From an uncultured cyanobacterium (GTDB lineage Bacteria; Cyanobacteriota; Cyanobacteriia; Cyanobacteriales; CAWCAG01), in the NCBI GenBank assembly GCA_963803805.1, contig CAWDOD010000004.1, positions 384,001 through 448,000 on the forward strand: a DNA stretch of 64,000 bases, written 5' to 3'. Shown here piece by piece: positions 27,046 through 36,609 of the stretch. The translations under genes were made by a program, and so were the position numbers. The notes below the pieces were generated by a model. The model saw only the letters and a list, made by a program, of their open reading frames with translations. It was not told the DNA's origin and did not search any database. The first letter of the stretch is position 1. Each line of letters starts with the position of its first letter.

Positions 27046-27924
27046 ATGCCTATATTCACTATTTTTGCTAATATTGCCGCCCCCACTATTGTTACCAGGA
27101 CAGGAAATATCTTTGCTGTTCTTAGTATTATTCCCCTTGAATGCTTAGTTTTATGGTTATTATTTCATTATTTTTTTAAGATTAAAATTGGTATTCCCAG
27201 GCTATTAATTACAGTCATTGTTGCCAACATTATCACTTCAATTATTGGTGTTCCTTTCGCTTTTAATAATTCTTTCGCCAATAGCGCAGGAAGCGCCATA
27301 ATGATTCTCCCTTTGCTTTTTGCCTTTACTTGGTTCATTGAAGGAATTATTTACCTTCCCCTGTTAAAAAGCAAAAATAACAAACCTTCTAAAGGCAAGT
27401 TACGAATAGCATCTCTACTAGCTAATTTAGCCAGTTACACCCTTTTTCTCTTTGTTTTGCTACCTGTTAGTTCTAAGGTTGATTCATTCACTCAGCTTAA
27501 TCCTAAACGGGCTGAGAGAGAGGTAAAGATGGCTCTTTTTAGCACTCTAGGATACCAAAAGGAGTTTTATGCAAATAACTCCCAATTTGCTAAAAACTTT
27601 GAAGAATTGCCTGGTTCTCCTCAACCTTATGTTCCTGATAAAAGCTTTGTTCCAACGGAGAATAAGCTTGAGAATAAATTCCACAAATTCGCAGTTAATA
27701 GCGACTCGGAAAAAGCAACAATTACAGCAACAGCAAAAGTTGATTATCTTAACAGTTATACAGGAATTATCTTTGTGGTTAAAGATGGAGAGAAATCTGA
27801 ATTTATTACAGGTATTTGTAAAACAGATCAACCTTCAACAATACCTCCTCAATCTGTTCAACTAAAAGATGAGCAAATAAACTGTCCGTCTGGCTCATCA
27901 TTTTTAGTGGCATCACCTTTTTAA
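27046..27924 (+). CDS. Multi-TM protein fused to type IV pilin-like G/H domain
   Basis: About 4 TM helices, then Q..FY....F...F.EL, ATAK...LNSYTGIIFV, IC......PP......CPSGS. Confidence 0.75.
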   Translation: MPIFTIFANIAAPTIVTRTGNIFAVLSIIPLECLVLWLLFHYFFKIKIGIPRLLITVIVANIITSIIGVPFAFNNSFANSAGSAIMILPLLFAFTWFIEGIIYLPLLKSKNNKPSKGKLRIASLLANLASYTLFLFVLLPVSSKVDSFTQLNPKRAEREVKMALFSTLGYQKEFYANNSQFAKNFEELPGSPQPYVPDKSFVPTENKLENKFHKFAVNSDSEKATITATAKVDYLNSYTGIIFVVKDGEKSEFITGICKTDQPSTIPPQSVQLKDEQINCPSGSSFLVASPF

Positions 27925-28181
27925 GGTCTAAAAACATTCTGGCAAAGCGGCTCTACATCTAGTAGTAAATTAATTAAAACAAAAATGTATAAATTAGTTA
28001 TTGCCAATGTCATTGCCCCCACTTTCCTTTTCCACGGAAGAGTGACGGGGCTATTTATATTTATTGGCATTATTTTACTGGAATGGATTACTATTTGGTT
28101 CTTCTTCCCAGATAAATCATTTTTGTATCGCTTTTTTTGTTGATCCTTCTTTTAGTTTATCTGTGGGTAGCATTAGTTTTA

Positions 28182-28232
28182 TTGGGGGACTAGCCCCCAA
28201 ACCCCCCAGTGGGGAAACAAGTGTTTCCCCAC
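28182..28232. repeat. GC-rich double-hairpin element
   Basis: TTGGGGG-ACTAG-CCCCCAA and GTGGGGAAACA-AG-TGTTTCCCCAC. Confidence 0.7.
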
Positions 28233-28504
28233 ACCCCTTCCTAACCGCTTCGCTCTTGGTTAGTTGTGTTTGGCTGGCTAATTTGATGGTTGCTCTATCG
28301 TCGGAATTAGACTTGGTGGTAGGGCGCATTTGGACTTAGGCTCGTTGTGGGAAAGCTTATTTACTGATGGCTAAGAGGAAATAGCTTGATTCAATTTGGT
28401 TGAATGGCGAAGGCATAGAGCTTATATTAAATCCCAAAATAGAAGAACGCAAAAAGAAATTTATCTAGAAAACTCTCGCTTTACTAATGAATTTAAACAG
28501 TTAA

Positions 28505-29626
28505 ATGAATCTTAGACCAACTTTTAAAAATAGTTCCAAATTAAAACAACAAGTTATACTCTCCGGCATTTTTCTGTGTTCAATCATGGGCATCTGCCAC
28601 GGAATTGCTGATGCAACCGCAGGATTTTTATTAGGCAGCTTGGTAAATACAACTTCCTTAGAACAGACAAGTTGGTTGATCATCATCTACAATATTTTAG
28701 GCTTTGGTTATCAACCTGTTGCAGGAATGTATACTGATAAATTCCAATGTCCTCGCCAAGCTACTCTACTAGGATTACTTTCGTTATTGGCAAGTTTAGT
28801 TGTCGTAGGTTGGCAGCCACAATTAGCTGTAGCATTAGCAGGAATTGGCTCTGCTGCTTTTCATGTCGGGGGAGGGAGTTTAGCTTTGTCTGCAACTCCT
28901 AATCGTACCACTGGGCAAGGAATTTTCGCTGCTCCAGGAGTGGTGGGATTGGCTGTAGGGGGTGCTTTGGGATTGGAAGGTTACTCTTTCACCATGCCAC
29001 TGATTCTGTTCCTGGGAGTGATGATAGCCTTGGTTACTGTGATTAAGTTGCCAAGATTAGCCAAAATTGAAGTCGATAAGCCAGAGTTGCCAATGTCGGA
29101 AGAGTATGATTGGGTGATGCTAGTGCTGATTACGGCGATCGCACTCATTTCTACTGTTTGGACTAGTTTCCAATTCCTACTACAAGCCCATTTAATTTTT
29201 CTTATTGCTTTAGCGATCGCCGCAGCTATTGCCAAAATCTTGGGTGGCATCATAGCAGAATATTGGGGGTGGCAAGCCTGGATCGTAACTTCTCTATCCC
29301 TTGCCATACTGCTACTTTTATGGGGTCAAGAAAATCCCTTAACTTTACTCATCAGTCTAGGTTTACTTCAATCTACTGTACCGATCACCATAGCAGCAAC
29401 AGGGCGAATGATGCCCAACCAACCAGCCACTGCAGCCGGATTTGCTCTTGGGCTGGCTATTCTTATTGGTGGTATTCCCGTTGTTGCAGGTTTAAACATT
29501 GTCTCAGAAAACCCGGTGACTACCCTCACAAGCGGCAGATTGAACCTAATTGCAGCTTTACTAATCCTGACAACGATACTATCATTAAGCTGGGTTTTTC
29601 AATCAAAAGTTTTTCAAAGTTCCTAG
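28505..29626 (+). CDS. MFS-like membrane transporter
   Basis: About 12 TM; HGIAD, QPVAG..D, GIGSAAFHVGGG, GIFAAPG. Confidence 0.75.
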   Translation: MNLRPTFKNSSKLKQQVILSGIFLCSIMGICHGIADATAGFLLGSLVNTTSLEQTSWLIIIYNILGFGYQPVAGMYTDKFQCPRQATLLGLLSLLASLVVVGWQPQLAVALAGIGSAAFHVGGGSLALSATPNRTTGQGIFAAPGVVGLAVGGALGLEGYSFTMPLILFLGVMIALVTVIKLPRLAKIEVDKPELPMSEEYDWVMLVLITAIALISTVWTSFQFLLQAHLIFLIALAIAAAIAKILGGIIAEYWGWQAWIVTSLSLAILLLLWGQENPLTLLISLGLLQSTVPITIAATGRMMPNQPATAAGFALGLAILIGGIPVVAGLNIVSENPVTTLTSGRLNLIAALLILTTILSLSWVFQSKVFQSS

Positions 29627-29678
29627 CCCCCACGGCTTACTCCTACAAATAACCTGTGCAACTAAATACTGTTTAGTG

Positions 29679-30287
29679 TTATCTGCCTAAATAATTCTTC
29701 AAACTGTTATAATTTTGTCTTGCTAGATTATAATTGGGGTCGAGTTCCAAGGCTCTATCATAGGCCACTAAAGCTTGTTCATAAAGATTCAAATCGACTA
29801 AAGCAACTCCTAAGTTATTATAGGCTTGGGCTTTAGTCGCTTCGCCCCAATTAGCATCGGTGTCAATGGCAGTTGCACAAGCTATAGCTGCTTCTTGATG
29901 TCTGCCCAGATTGGTCAGGATAACACACTTGTTGTAGTAAGCTAGGGAATAGTTTGGTTTAAGTTCTAAAGCTTTATTGAGGGAATTAAGAGACTGTTGA
30001 TTTTGTCCCCTTTTACCCTGCTCTGCCCCTAAGTTAACCCAAAGCAAAGGTTCATTAGGATTTATATCAACAGCACGCTGACAAGCATCTAAGGACTCTT
30101 TTCCTGTTGTACTAACACAAATTTCCGCCCAATCAGCGAAATCATCACTTCCCTTTGCTAAAAGGCTATTACTAGGAAGATTTTTATGGCTAGCAGTTGG
30201 TTGTGAAATAACAGCATTACTACAAGGTTGCCAAGTAACTAGAAGTGCAACGGTGGTGATTCCGACAAAGCCAAGATTTTTTTTCAC
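29679..30287 (-). CDS. Secreted TPR protein
   Basis: Signal peptide; AYYNK, AYNNLG, ALELDPNY. Confidence 0.85.
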   Translation of the reverse strand: MKKNLGFVGITTVALLVTWQPCSNAVISQPTASHKNLPSNSLLAKGSDDFADWAEICVSTTGKESLDACQRAVDINPNEPLLWVNLGAEQGKRGQNQQSLNSLNKALELKPNYSLAYYNKCVILTNLGRHQEAAIACATAIDTDANWGEATKAQAYNNLGVALVDLNLYEQALVAYDRALELDPNYNLARQNYNSLKNYLGR

Positions 30288-30368
30288 GATTAGTAATTGT
30301 GATGTTTATGTTTGTTTATAAATACATTAAACTACACAAGGATTTCGGATTGGCTTAAAGTTGACACA

Positions 30369-31427
30369 CTACTCGGCATCATTGTTAAGATACCATTGCA
30401 CTGTTTTTCTAAGTCCTTCTTCAATAGTTACAGAAGGAGTCCAGCCTAATTCTGTTTTAATTTTACTTGAATCAATTGCGTAGCGGCGGTCGTGTCCTGG
30501 CCTATCTTTGACAAACTCGATTAAATTGTGGGCAGGGCTAACGGGCAAATCTGTAGCTAATTCATCCATTAACTGACAAATAACTTTCACCAAATCGATA
30601 TTTTTGACTTCATTATTGCCGCCAATATTATAAACTTCTCCTGGTTTACCTTGATGGATAACCAAATCCAAAGCTTGACAATGATCTAAAACATATAGCC
30701 AGTCTCTGACATTTTGTCCATCTCCATAAACTGGCAAAGGTTTACCTTGAAGAATATTTGTACAGATGAGAGGGATCAACTTTTCCGGAAATTGATAGGG
30801 GCCATAATTATTGGAACAGTTGGTAATTATGGTTGGTAGGTTGTAGGTATGGTAATAAGCACGGGCAAGGTGATCACTACCAGCTTTTGAGGCTGAGTAA
30901 GGGCTGTTGGGGGCATAGGGGGTGGTTTCCCTAAAAGGAGGATCTTTAGGGCTTAAACTACCGTAAACTTCATCTGTGGAGACATGGAGAAATAGTGCTG
31001 GGGATTCTGGTTGGTAGTAATGACGAAAGGCTTCGAGGAGAGTAAAAGTACCAAGCAGATTAGTTTTAATGAAAGCATCAGGGCCTACAATAGAACGGTC
31101 AACGTGGGATTCAGCAGCAAAGTGGGCGACGACATCAATGTTTTCTTCTTTGAGGAGATTGTCTACTAAATTGCGATCGCAGATGTTCCCTTTGACGAAG
31201 CGAAATTGTTCTTTTTCTTGCCAAGTTTTAAGGTTATCCAGATTTCCCGCATAGGTAAGAGCATCAAGAACAACTACCCGGTCTTGAGGATAATTATGAC
31301 ACCAATGATGCACAAAGTTAGAACCAATAAATCCTGCTCCTCCTGTAATTAACAAACGGTGTGATTTTCTTGATGAAGGATGGCTGTTTAGATTACTTTT
31401 CATAAAGCTATTGGGTATTAAGATCAC
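30369..31427 (-). CDS. rfbB: dTDP-glucose 4,6-dehydratase
   Basis: [41 protein letters not shown]; start may be slightly downstream. Confidence 0.95.
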   Translation of the reverse strand: MILIPNSFMKSNLNSHPSSRKSHRLLITGGAGFIGSNFVHHWCHNYPQDRVVVLDALTYAGNLDNLKTWQEKEQFRFVKGNICDRNLVDNLLKEENIDVVAHFAAESHVDRSIVGPDAFIKTNLLGTFTLLEAFRHYYQPESPALFLHVSTDEVYGSLSPKDPPFRETTPYAPNSPYSASKAGSDHLARAYYHTYNLPTIITNCSNNYGPYQFPEKLIPLICTNILQGKPLPVYGDGQNVRDWLYVLDHCQALDLVIHQGKPGEVYNIGGNNEVKNIDLVKVICQLMDELATDLPVSPAHNLIEFVKDRPGHDRRYAIDSSKIKTELGWTPSVTIEEGLRKTVQWYLNNDAE

Positions 31428-31629
31428 CTATTATGGCAAGCAGAAGGGATAATTAAACAAATTATGAATATCCTGCATTGTCGAGTATGACAATAGGGCA
31501 AAAAAAGCCAATGGACAACATAAGAGTAAAGACATCTTAATTATATTCAAATTAGGTTACTAGACTATTTCCGGCAAAGTGTAGCGATCGCCTATAATTT
31601 TGTAGTATTTTGACAACGCTATGCCAAAG

Positions 31630-32700
31630 TCAAAAACATTTTACAAATTCCTTTTTAATAAAAGGAGAAGTCATCGCTGCTAGAAGACCGCCGTAATCCA
31701 TGTTAAAATTTACTTCATCTCCAACCTGTAAATTGTGGTTATTGTTGTCGAGAATAATATGATCACTGCTAGAGCCGATAATTTCTAACTGAGAATTAGA
31801 CTTTAAGCTAGATACCATAACATCTTGTCTTCCCAAAGCAATTATTGCTCTTTTGCGAATGCCTTGATCTTGAAACGTAGGAACATTGCCAAAAGCATCT
31901 TGACATCTTTCCCCTGTTGGTAAAGACGGTTTCTTCTTGGATTCAATAACTTCAGCAACCAATTGAAATGCACTAGTATGTAAGCCGGTAATTACTTTTC
32001 GGTTAACCGTTTCGCAGCCTAAAAAAATAGATTCCCCTAAGCGAAGATTGTTGATTTTGCCAACATCTTGGGCAGATTTATACCACTCATAATTAGCGGA
32101 ATTGCCCCCTGAAACTATTGCTAAACCAAGCTGAAACTCTTTTTCTAGCATCTCAACTAATTGGGATAACTCATTCATATTCTTGGCATCTGGTTTGATA
32201 CCGCCATAACAAGCTAAATTGCAGCCAATACCCACAACTTTTAGATGAGATAAAGTAAGAGTCTTCCTGATAAATTGATAAAGATCCTTCGGGAGTATCC
32301 CTTCACGAAGATCACCCAACTCCACCATAATAATTACCTGATGATTTTTATGATGTGCCTTGGCATAATAGGAAAGTTTTTTCAGAGTTTCGATTTCAGT
32401 GTTGAGGCTAATATCTACACTTTCAACCACAGATTCAGCTTTGCTTAAAGGAGTGCGTAGAAGCACAAACTGAGTTGAAATTCCGGCTTTTTTCATCTTT
32501 TGGATATTTTCAAGGCGGGAGTCAGCAATGAATTTAACTCCCCCTTGAATCATTGCCTCAATAATAGCAGGTTCTCCTAAAACTGCTTTAGAAACTCCCA
32601 TTACTGAAATACCTTTTTGCCCATAAAGTTCGCATAGCATCCTGGCATTTTCTTGTATTTGGCATAGGGAAATTTCTATTCTTGGCAAGAATGATTTCAT
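31630..32700 (-). CDS. Alanine/ornithine racemase-family PLP enzyme
   Basis: GVSK(PLP Lys)AVLG, ADSRLEN, ELGDLREG, NLACYGG, SGGNS, LRLGE, SSDH. Confidence 0.88.
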   Translation of the reverse strand: MKSFLPRIEISLCQIQENARMLCELYGQKGISVMGVSKAVLGEPAIIEAMIQGGVKFIADSRLENIQKMKKAGISTQFVLLRTPLSKAESVVESVDISLNTEIETLKKLSYYAKAHHKNHQVIIMVELGDLREGILPKDLYQFIRKTLTLSHLKVVGIGCNLACYGGIKPDAKNMNELSQLVEMLEKEFQLGLAIVSGGNSANYEWYKSAQDVGKINNLRLGESIFLGCETVNRKVITGLHTSAFQLVAEVIESKKKPSLPTGERCQDAFGNVPTFQDQGIRKRAIIALGRQDVMVSSLKSNSQLEIIGSSSDHIILDNNNHNLQVGDEVNFNMDYGGLLAAMTSPFIKKEFVKCF

Positions 32701-32703
32701 TAA

Positions 32704-33825
32704 TTATCTTATTGCCAATACAGGAGTTCTTGCTAATTTCTTGCCCTGGATTTTTTGATTTAATTTGGGGAAATTCTTGACCAAGGTTTGCACAATTTTC
32801 CGACAGCCATAACTCAATACATCCGTTGTTGGCAATTTAAACCGTTGCTCATAATCCTCTATAATACTGATAATTTCTTTCTCTTTTAAGTTCTCGTGGC
32901 TTAAAGCGATCGCCATTACCCTAGCTGGAGAAATCGCTTCAATCAGTTTGATTTCTCCTTCCACAGTTGGCATTGCTAAATGAGGGAAGTCGCACCGAAA
33001 CTTCCTTGCTGGGGGATGTTGCAGGATGATGCCGTCGGGCATACTTCCTTTCAAAATGCCAACAGAACTCATAAAAGCGGGATGACTCACAGCACTCTGT
33101 CCCTCAACTAAAATGATGTCGGGGCTTTCGTTGTTAAAGGCTTGAAGAACAGAGTTTTCTATTTCACCAATCACAAACTGGGAAATAAGTGCATCCATTG
33201 ATACGCCGTACATTGCCCCCTGCATCAAGCTAGTTTGTCCTGTTGCTACTAGCAACGAGTTAATGCCGAGATTGTTGAGTGCTTTGTTGAGTTCTACTGC
33301 GGTAGTCATTTTTCCACAAGCGCAATCAGTACCTAAAACAGCAATTACAGGGACATTGACTTCAGCTATGTGACCCGTAAAGACGTGCAAATCATTTAAT
33401 TGCGGCGGTTTTCTGATATCTTTAATTTGGATCTGATTTTGGGCAGCTACCTCAACAAACTCCTGATCGTCGGAGAAAAATTGATGAAGACCATTAATAA
33501 TATTCATGCCTTTTTCCATAGCTTCCAAGATTAAAAACCTCTCTTCTATGGATATATAAGCATCTAAAGGAGCCTTGCCATAAATATAACAGCTTGGCAC
33601 TTCTGAAAGTTTTCTCAAAGCTTCATCTAGGTCGGTAAAAATGGGAATATTGCTTCTTTTTTCTCCTAATACTTCCCCAGCATCCTGTCCAGCTAAGGAA
33701 CTATCAATAACGCCAACAATGGTATAAATTTCAGAGTGGCGAACCAATGCTGCGGCAGTCTTTCCATCTACTAAACCAAACTGATTTTCACAGTAAACCA
33801 AGGCTGTTTCTTTTACGATTGCCAT
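32704..33825 (-). CDS. DUF1611 P-loop protein (DgcN-like)
   Basis: GKTA..LVR, INGLHQF, GTDCACGKMTT, ATGQT, VEGQSA..HP. Confidence 0.88.
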   Translation of the reverse strand: MAIVKETALVYCENQFGLVDGKTAAALVRHSEIYTIVGVIDSSLAGQDAGEVLGEKRSNIPIFTDLDEALRKLSEVPSCYIYGKAPLDAYISIEERFLILEAMEKGMNIINGLHQFFSDDQEFVEVAAQNQIQIKDIRKPPQLNDLHVFTGHIAEVNVPVIAVLGTDCACGKMTTAVELNKALNNLGINSLLVATGQTSLMQGAMYGVSMDALISQFVIGEIENSVLQAFNNESPDIILVEGQSAVSHPAFMSSVGILKGSMPDGIILQHPPARKFRCDFPHLAMPTVEGEIKLIEAISPARVMAIALSHENLKEKEIISIIEDYEQRFKLPTTDVLSYGCRKIVQTLVKNFPKLNQKIQGKKLARTPVLAIR

Positions 33826-34124
33826 TGAAATAATTTCCTTAAAATGTGTTCCTAAATCTTCAAGAAGTTTTTTTGTAGTTAGTAAACTCCTCTAAAAGTT
33901 TAGGGTCTGTTTTGATGCAAAAATTTCCCGCAGAATTTCCTTGATTTGAGTCCTTTACTTTCGCAAAGAAAGTTCTCAAAAAACTTTATGCAATAAGAAA
34001 TATTATGATCTAAACTTGATTCTTTAAAAAGCTTAAGTGATGTTGATTTTGTAGCGAAAACTTCAGACCTTAATTGAGTTCCGTTTTAAATTAGCTTTAG
34101 TTTAATCGTAACACATTATACAAA

Positions 34125-34877
34125 TTATTTTACATTTTGATTGCTCGGATTTAATAGTTTGATATCGTTACCTTTAACTTTGAATAGCCCAGTTTCTTTC
34201 AGCAACTCCCCCAATTTCTTATAACCATAGGATCTGGAGTCAAAGGAAGGGTCCATTTTCAACAACTGCTGTCCAACAGTTCCAAGATTAGCATTGCCAT
34301 CATCACGAGCAACATCTTCATATGCTTCTTTGAGTAATTTGTTTAACTCTTCTTTTTGTTTGGTTTTAGTACTTGATCCAACTTGTTTAGAATCACTTAA
34401 GAATGAACTAGATGATCTCTCAGTGCTACCATCTAGCAGTTCAGTGTATACAAATCGGTCACAGGCAGCTACAAAAGCTTTGGGAGTTTGTCGCTTGCCA
34501 AACCCATAGACGGCTACACCATCTTGTCTAATTCTATGAGCTAGTCTTGTAAAGTCACTATCACTTGAAACAATGCAAAAGCCATCTAATTTGTCTGTGT
34601 AAAGCAAATCCATTGCATCAATAATTAAAGCGCTATCTGTTGAATTTTTACCTGATGTATAGCCGAATTGTTGTACAGGAACAATAGCAAAATCATTAAG
34701 CATCTTCTTCCATGTATTCATCTGGGGACTTGTCCAGTCACCGTAAACTCTTTTGATATATGCAGTTCCAAACTTAGCAATCTCTTTTAATAAAGCTTCT
34801 ACAACACTAGGGCTAGTATTATCTGCATCGATTAATACTGTCAACTTGTCAGATCTAAACTGAACTTCTCCTCTCAT
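34125..34877 (-). CDS. NYN (PIN-like) domain + OST-HTH/LOTUS protein
   Basis: LIDADN, YGDW, GKNSTD, SSDSDF; PSFDSRSYGYKKL. Confidence 0.9.
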   Translation of the reverse strand: MRGEVQFRSDKLTVLIDADNTSPSVVEALLKEIAKFGTAYIKRVYGDWTSPQMNTWKKMLNDFAIVPVQQFGYTSGKNSTDSALIIDAMDLLYTDKLDGFCIVSSDSDFTRLAHRIRQDGVAVYGFGKRQTPKAFVAACDRFVYTELLDGSTERSSSSFLSDSKQVGSSTKTKQKEELNKLLKEAYEDVARDDGNANLGTVGQQLLKMDPSFDSRSYGYKKLGELLKETGLFKVKGNDIKLLNPSNQNVK

Positions 34878-34969
34878 AAATCACCATCCGGAAAACAATA
34901 AAATCTTTATTTACCTTATGTGATTATGATATCAAGAATTTTTCAGTGTATCATCAGGTTTGAGGATTT

Positions 34970-35854
34970 TTAAAGCATCTTTTTAAAAACCACATTCTTA
35001 AACAAATCATTGGCGATCGCAGTTCCTAATAAAATTAAACTGCAACCCAGGATCATAGAAGCAGTTATTGCTTCTTGTAAGAAAATTGCCCCCCAAAGCA
35101 TTGCAAAGATAGGAATCAAATAAGCAACGGTTAATGCTTTTGTGGAACCTACGTTGCTAATTAAGCGAAAATAGAGGATGTATGCCAAAGAGGTTGAAAG
35201 TAAAGCTAGACCAAACAAAGCCATTAAGCTTAAGGGGGTTGGTGCAGCTTTTGGTATGGTGAAAGGAATTGCTGGTAAGAGGAATAAAGGAGCAAAAAGT
35301 AAACTGCCTGTAGCAATAACTAAAGAAGGAACCCCACAGAGTTGCTTTTTTATGTAGGGAGCAGCAATGGCATACATCAATGTTGCTACCAACACAGCAA
35401 CTACTGCCAGCAAAGAAGTTGGCGTAATCACAAAACTTCGCCAGCCGACTAAAACAACTACCCCCCCTAAACCTAATGCTAATCCTATTGTTCGAGTGGG
35501 TGTGAGCTTTTCTTTTAACCAAATAAAAGCGACAATGCTACCAAATAAGGGAGTTGTGGCGTTGAGAATGGAGGTGAAGCCAGCCGGTAAAAATAGACTA
35601 GCAAAGGCAAAGAGTAGATATGGTAGTGCTGCGTTGCAACAACCGATTAGGAATAAAGGCTTTGCATAACGACGTATTTCTCCTAGCAAATCTAGTTTGA
35701 CTGCAAGAGGTAAAAGTGCTAAACCTGCTATTAAGACGCGGCATTCCATTAGCCAAACTGGACCGAATACCGGGGATGCTATCCTCATAAATAAAAAAGA
35801 TGCACCCCAAAGGGCAGCTAAGAGTAGAAGTTCACCAATATCAGAAATTTTCAT
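34970..35854 (-). CDS. DMT/EamA-family transporter
   Basis: LWGASFLF, LNATTPLF, EKLT, 10 TM. Confidence 0.9.
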   Translation of the reverse strand: MKISDIGELLLLAALWGASFLFMRIASPVFGPVWLMECRVLIAGLALLPLAVKLDLLGEIRRYAKPLFLIGCCNAALPYLLFAFASLFLPAGFTSILNATTPLFGSIVAFIWLKEKLTPTRTIGLALGLGGVVVLVGWRSFVITPTSLLAVVAVLVATLMYAIAAPYIKKQLCGVPSLVIATGSLLFAPLFLLPAIPFTIPKAAPTPLSLMALFGLALLSTSLAYILYFRLISNVGSTKALTVAYLIPIFAMLWGAIFLQEAITASMILGCSLILLGTAIANDLFKNVVFKKML

Positions 35855-35955
35855 TACTTATTTTTGAAAAACAGCTATTGGCTGTTAGCTTTTTTACTTT
35901 AAAACTACTCTTAAAAATCAACAAAAATGAGGCAATTTTTTACAGTTTTGTATCC

Positions 35956-36435
35956 TTAACTAAGTCGTAAATTACACTCTAAAATCAACTTCTTATTTTC
36001 TACAGAATAGGGCATAATTTCCAAAGCTTTTTCAAATGCTTCAATGGCATAGCGATAATTGCCCAAGGCAGCTTGAGACAAACCTAAACCATGCCATGCC
36101 CCAAAATGGATGGGATTGAGTTGTACAACTTGCAGGCATTTCTCTCGTGACTTTTCATATTCCCCTTGCATATAGTAGAGAACCCCTAAACGATTCCAAG
36201 CTTCAGCAAAATCTGGCTGATTTTTAATAGTGGTACTCAGTAACTCTTCAGCTTGAGTCACCTTGCCTGCTTCTAACAAAATCTGAGAACGTCTCAGTAA
36301 CTCTAAACCGAACTCACCTTTCTGTTCAAACCATCTACGCCAAAGCTGATCGGTAGCAGAAGCGCGGATTTGCTCGTCAGGACTTTTAAGATTTTCTATT
36401 AACTGAATGACTGATGATTTTTCCATTTTAAGCAA
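35956..36435 (-). CDS. TPR protein
   Basis: PDFAEAWNR, LNPIHFGAWHGLG. Confidence 0.85.
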   Translation of the reverse strand: MLKMEKSSVIQLIENLKSPDEQIRASATDQLWRRWFEQKGEFGLELLRRSQILLEAGKVTQAEELLSTTIKNQPDFAEAWNRLGVLYYMQGEYEKSREKCLQVVQLNPIHFGAWHGLGLSQAALGNYRYAIEAFEKALEIMPYSVENKKLILECNLRLS

Positions 36436-36609
36436 ATGTTTCTTGGGGTACTACTTCAATCTATTACCAACTTAAGCTTTCCCCTATCTAACTGGCAAGG
36501 GAACAACCAACATCTTATCTTACCAAACCCTGTAGTTGTACAGTTTATTTGTGGAGGTAGGGAGCAGGAAGGAAGAAATAAACTTATTACTTATTACTTC
36601 CCCCATCTC

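Noticed and set aside
33826..34124. Riboswitch or leader peptide before the DUF1611 gene
   Set aside because: No recognisable aptamer; only a short TTG-start frame with no support.
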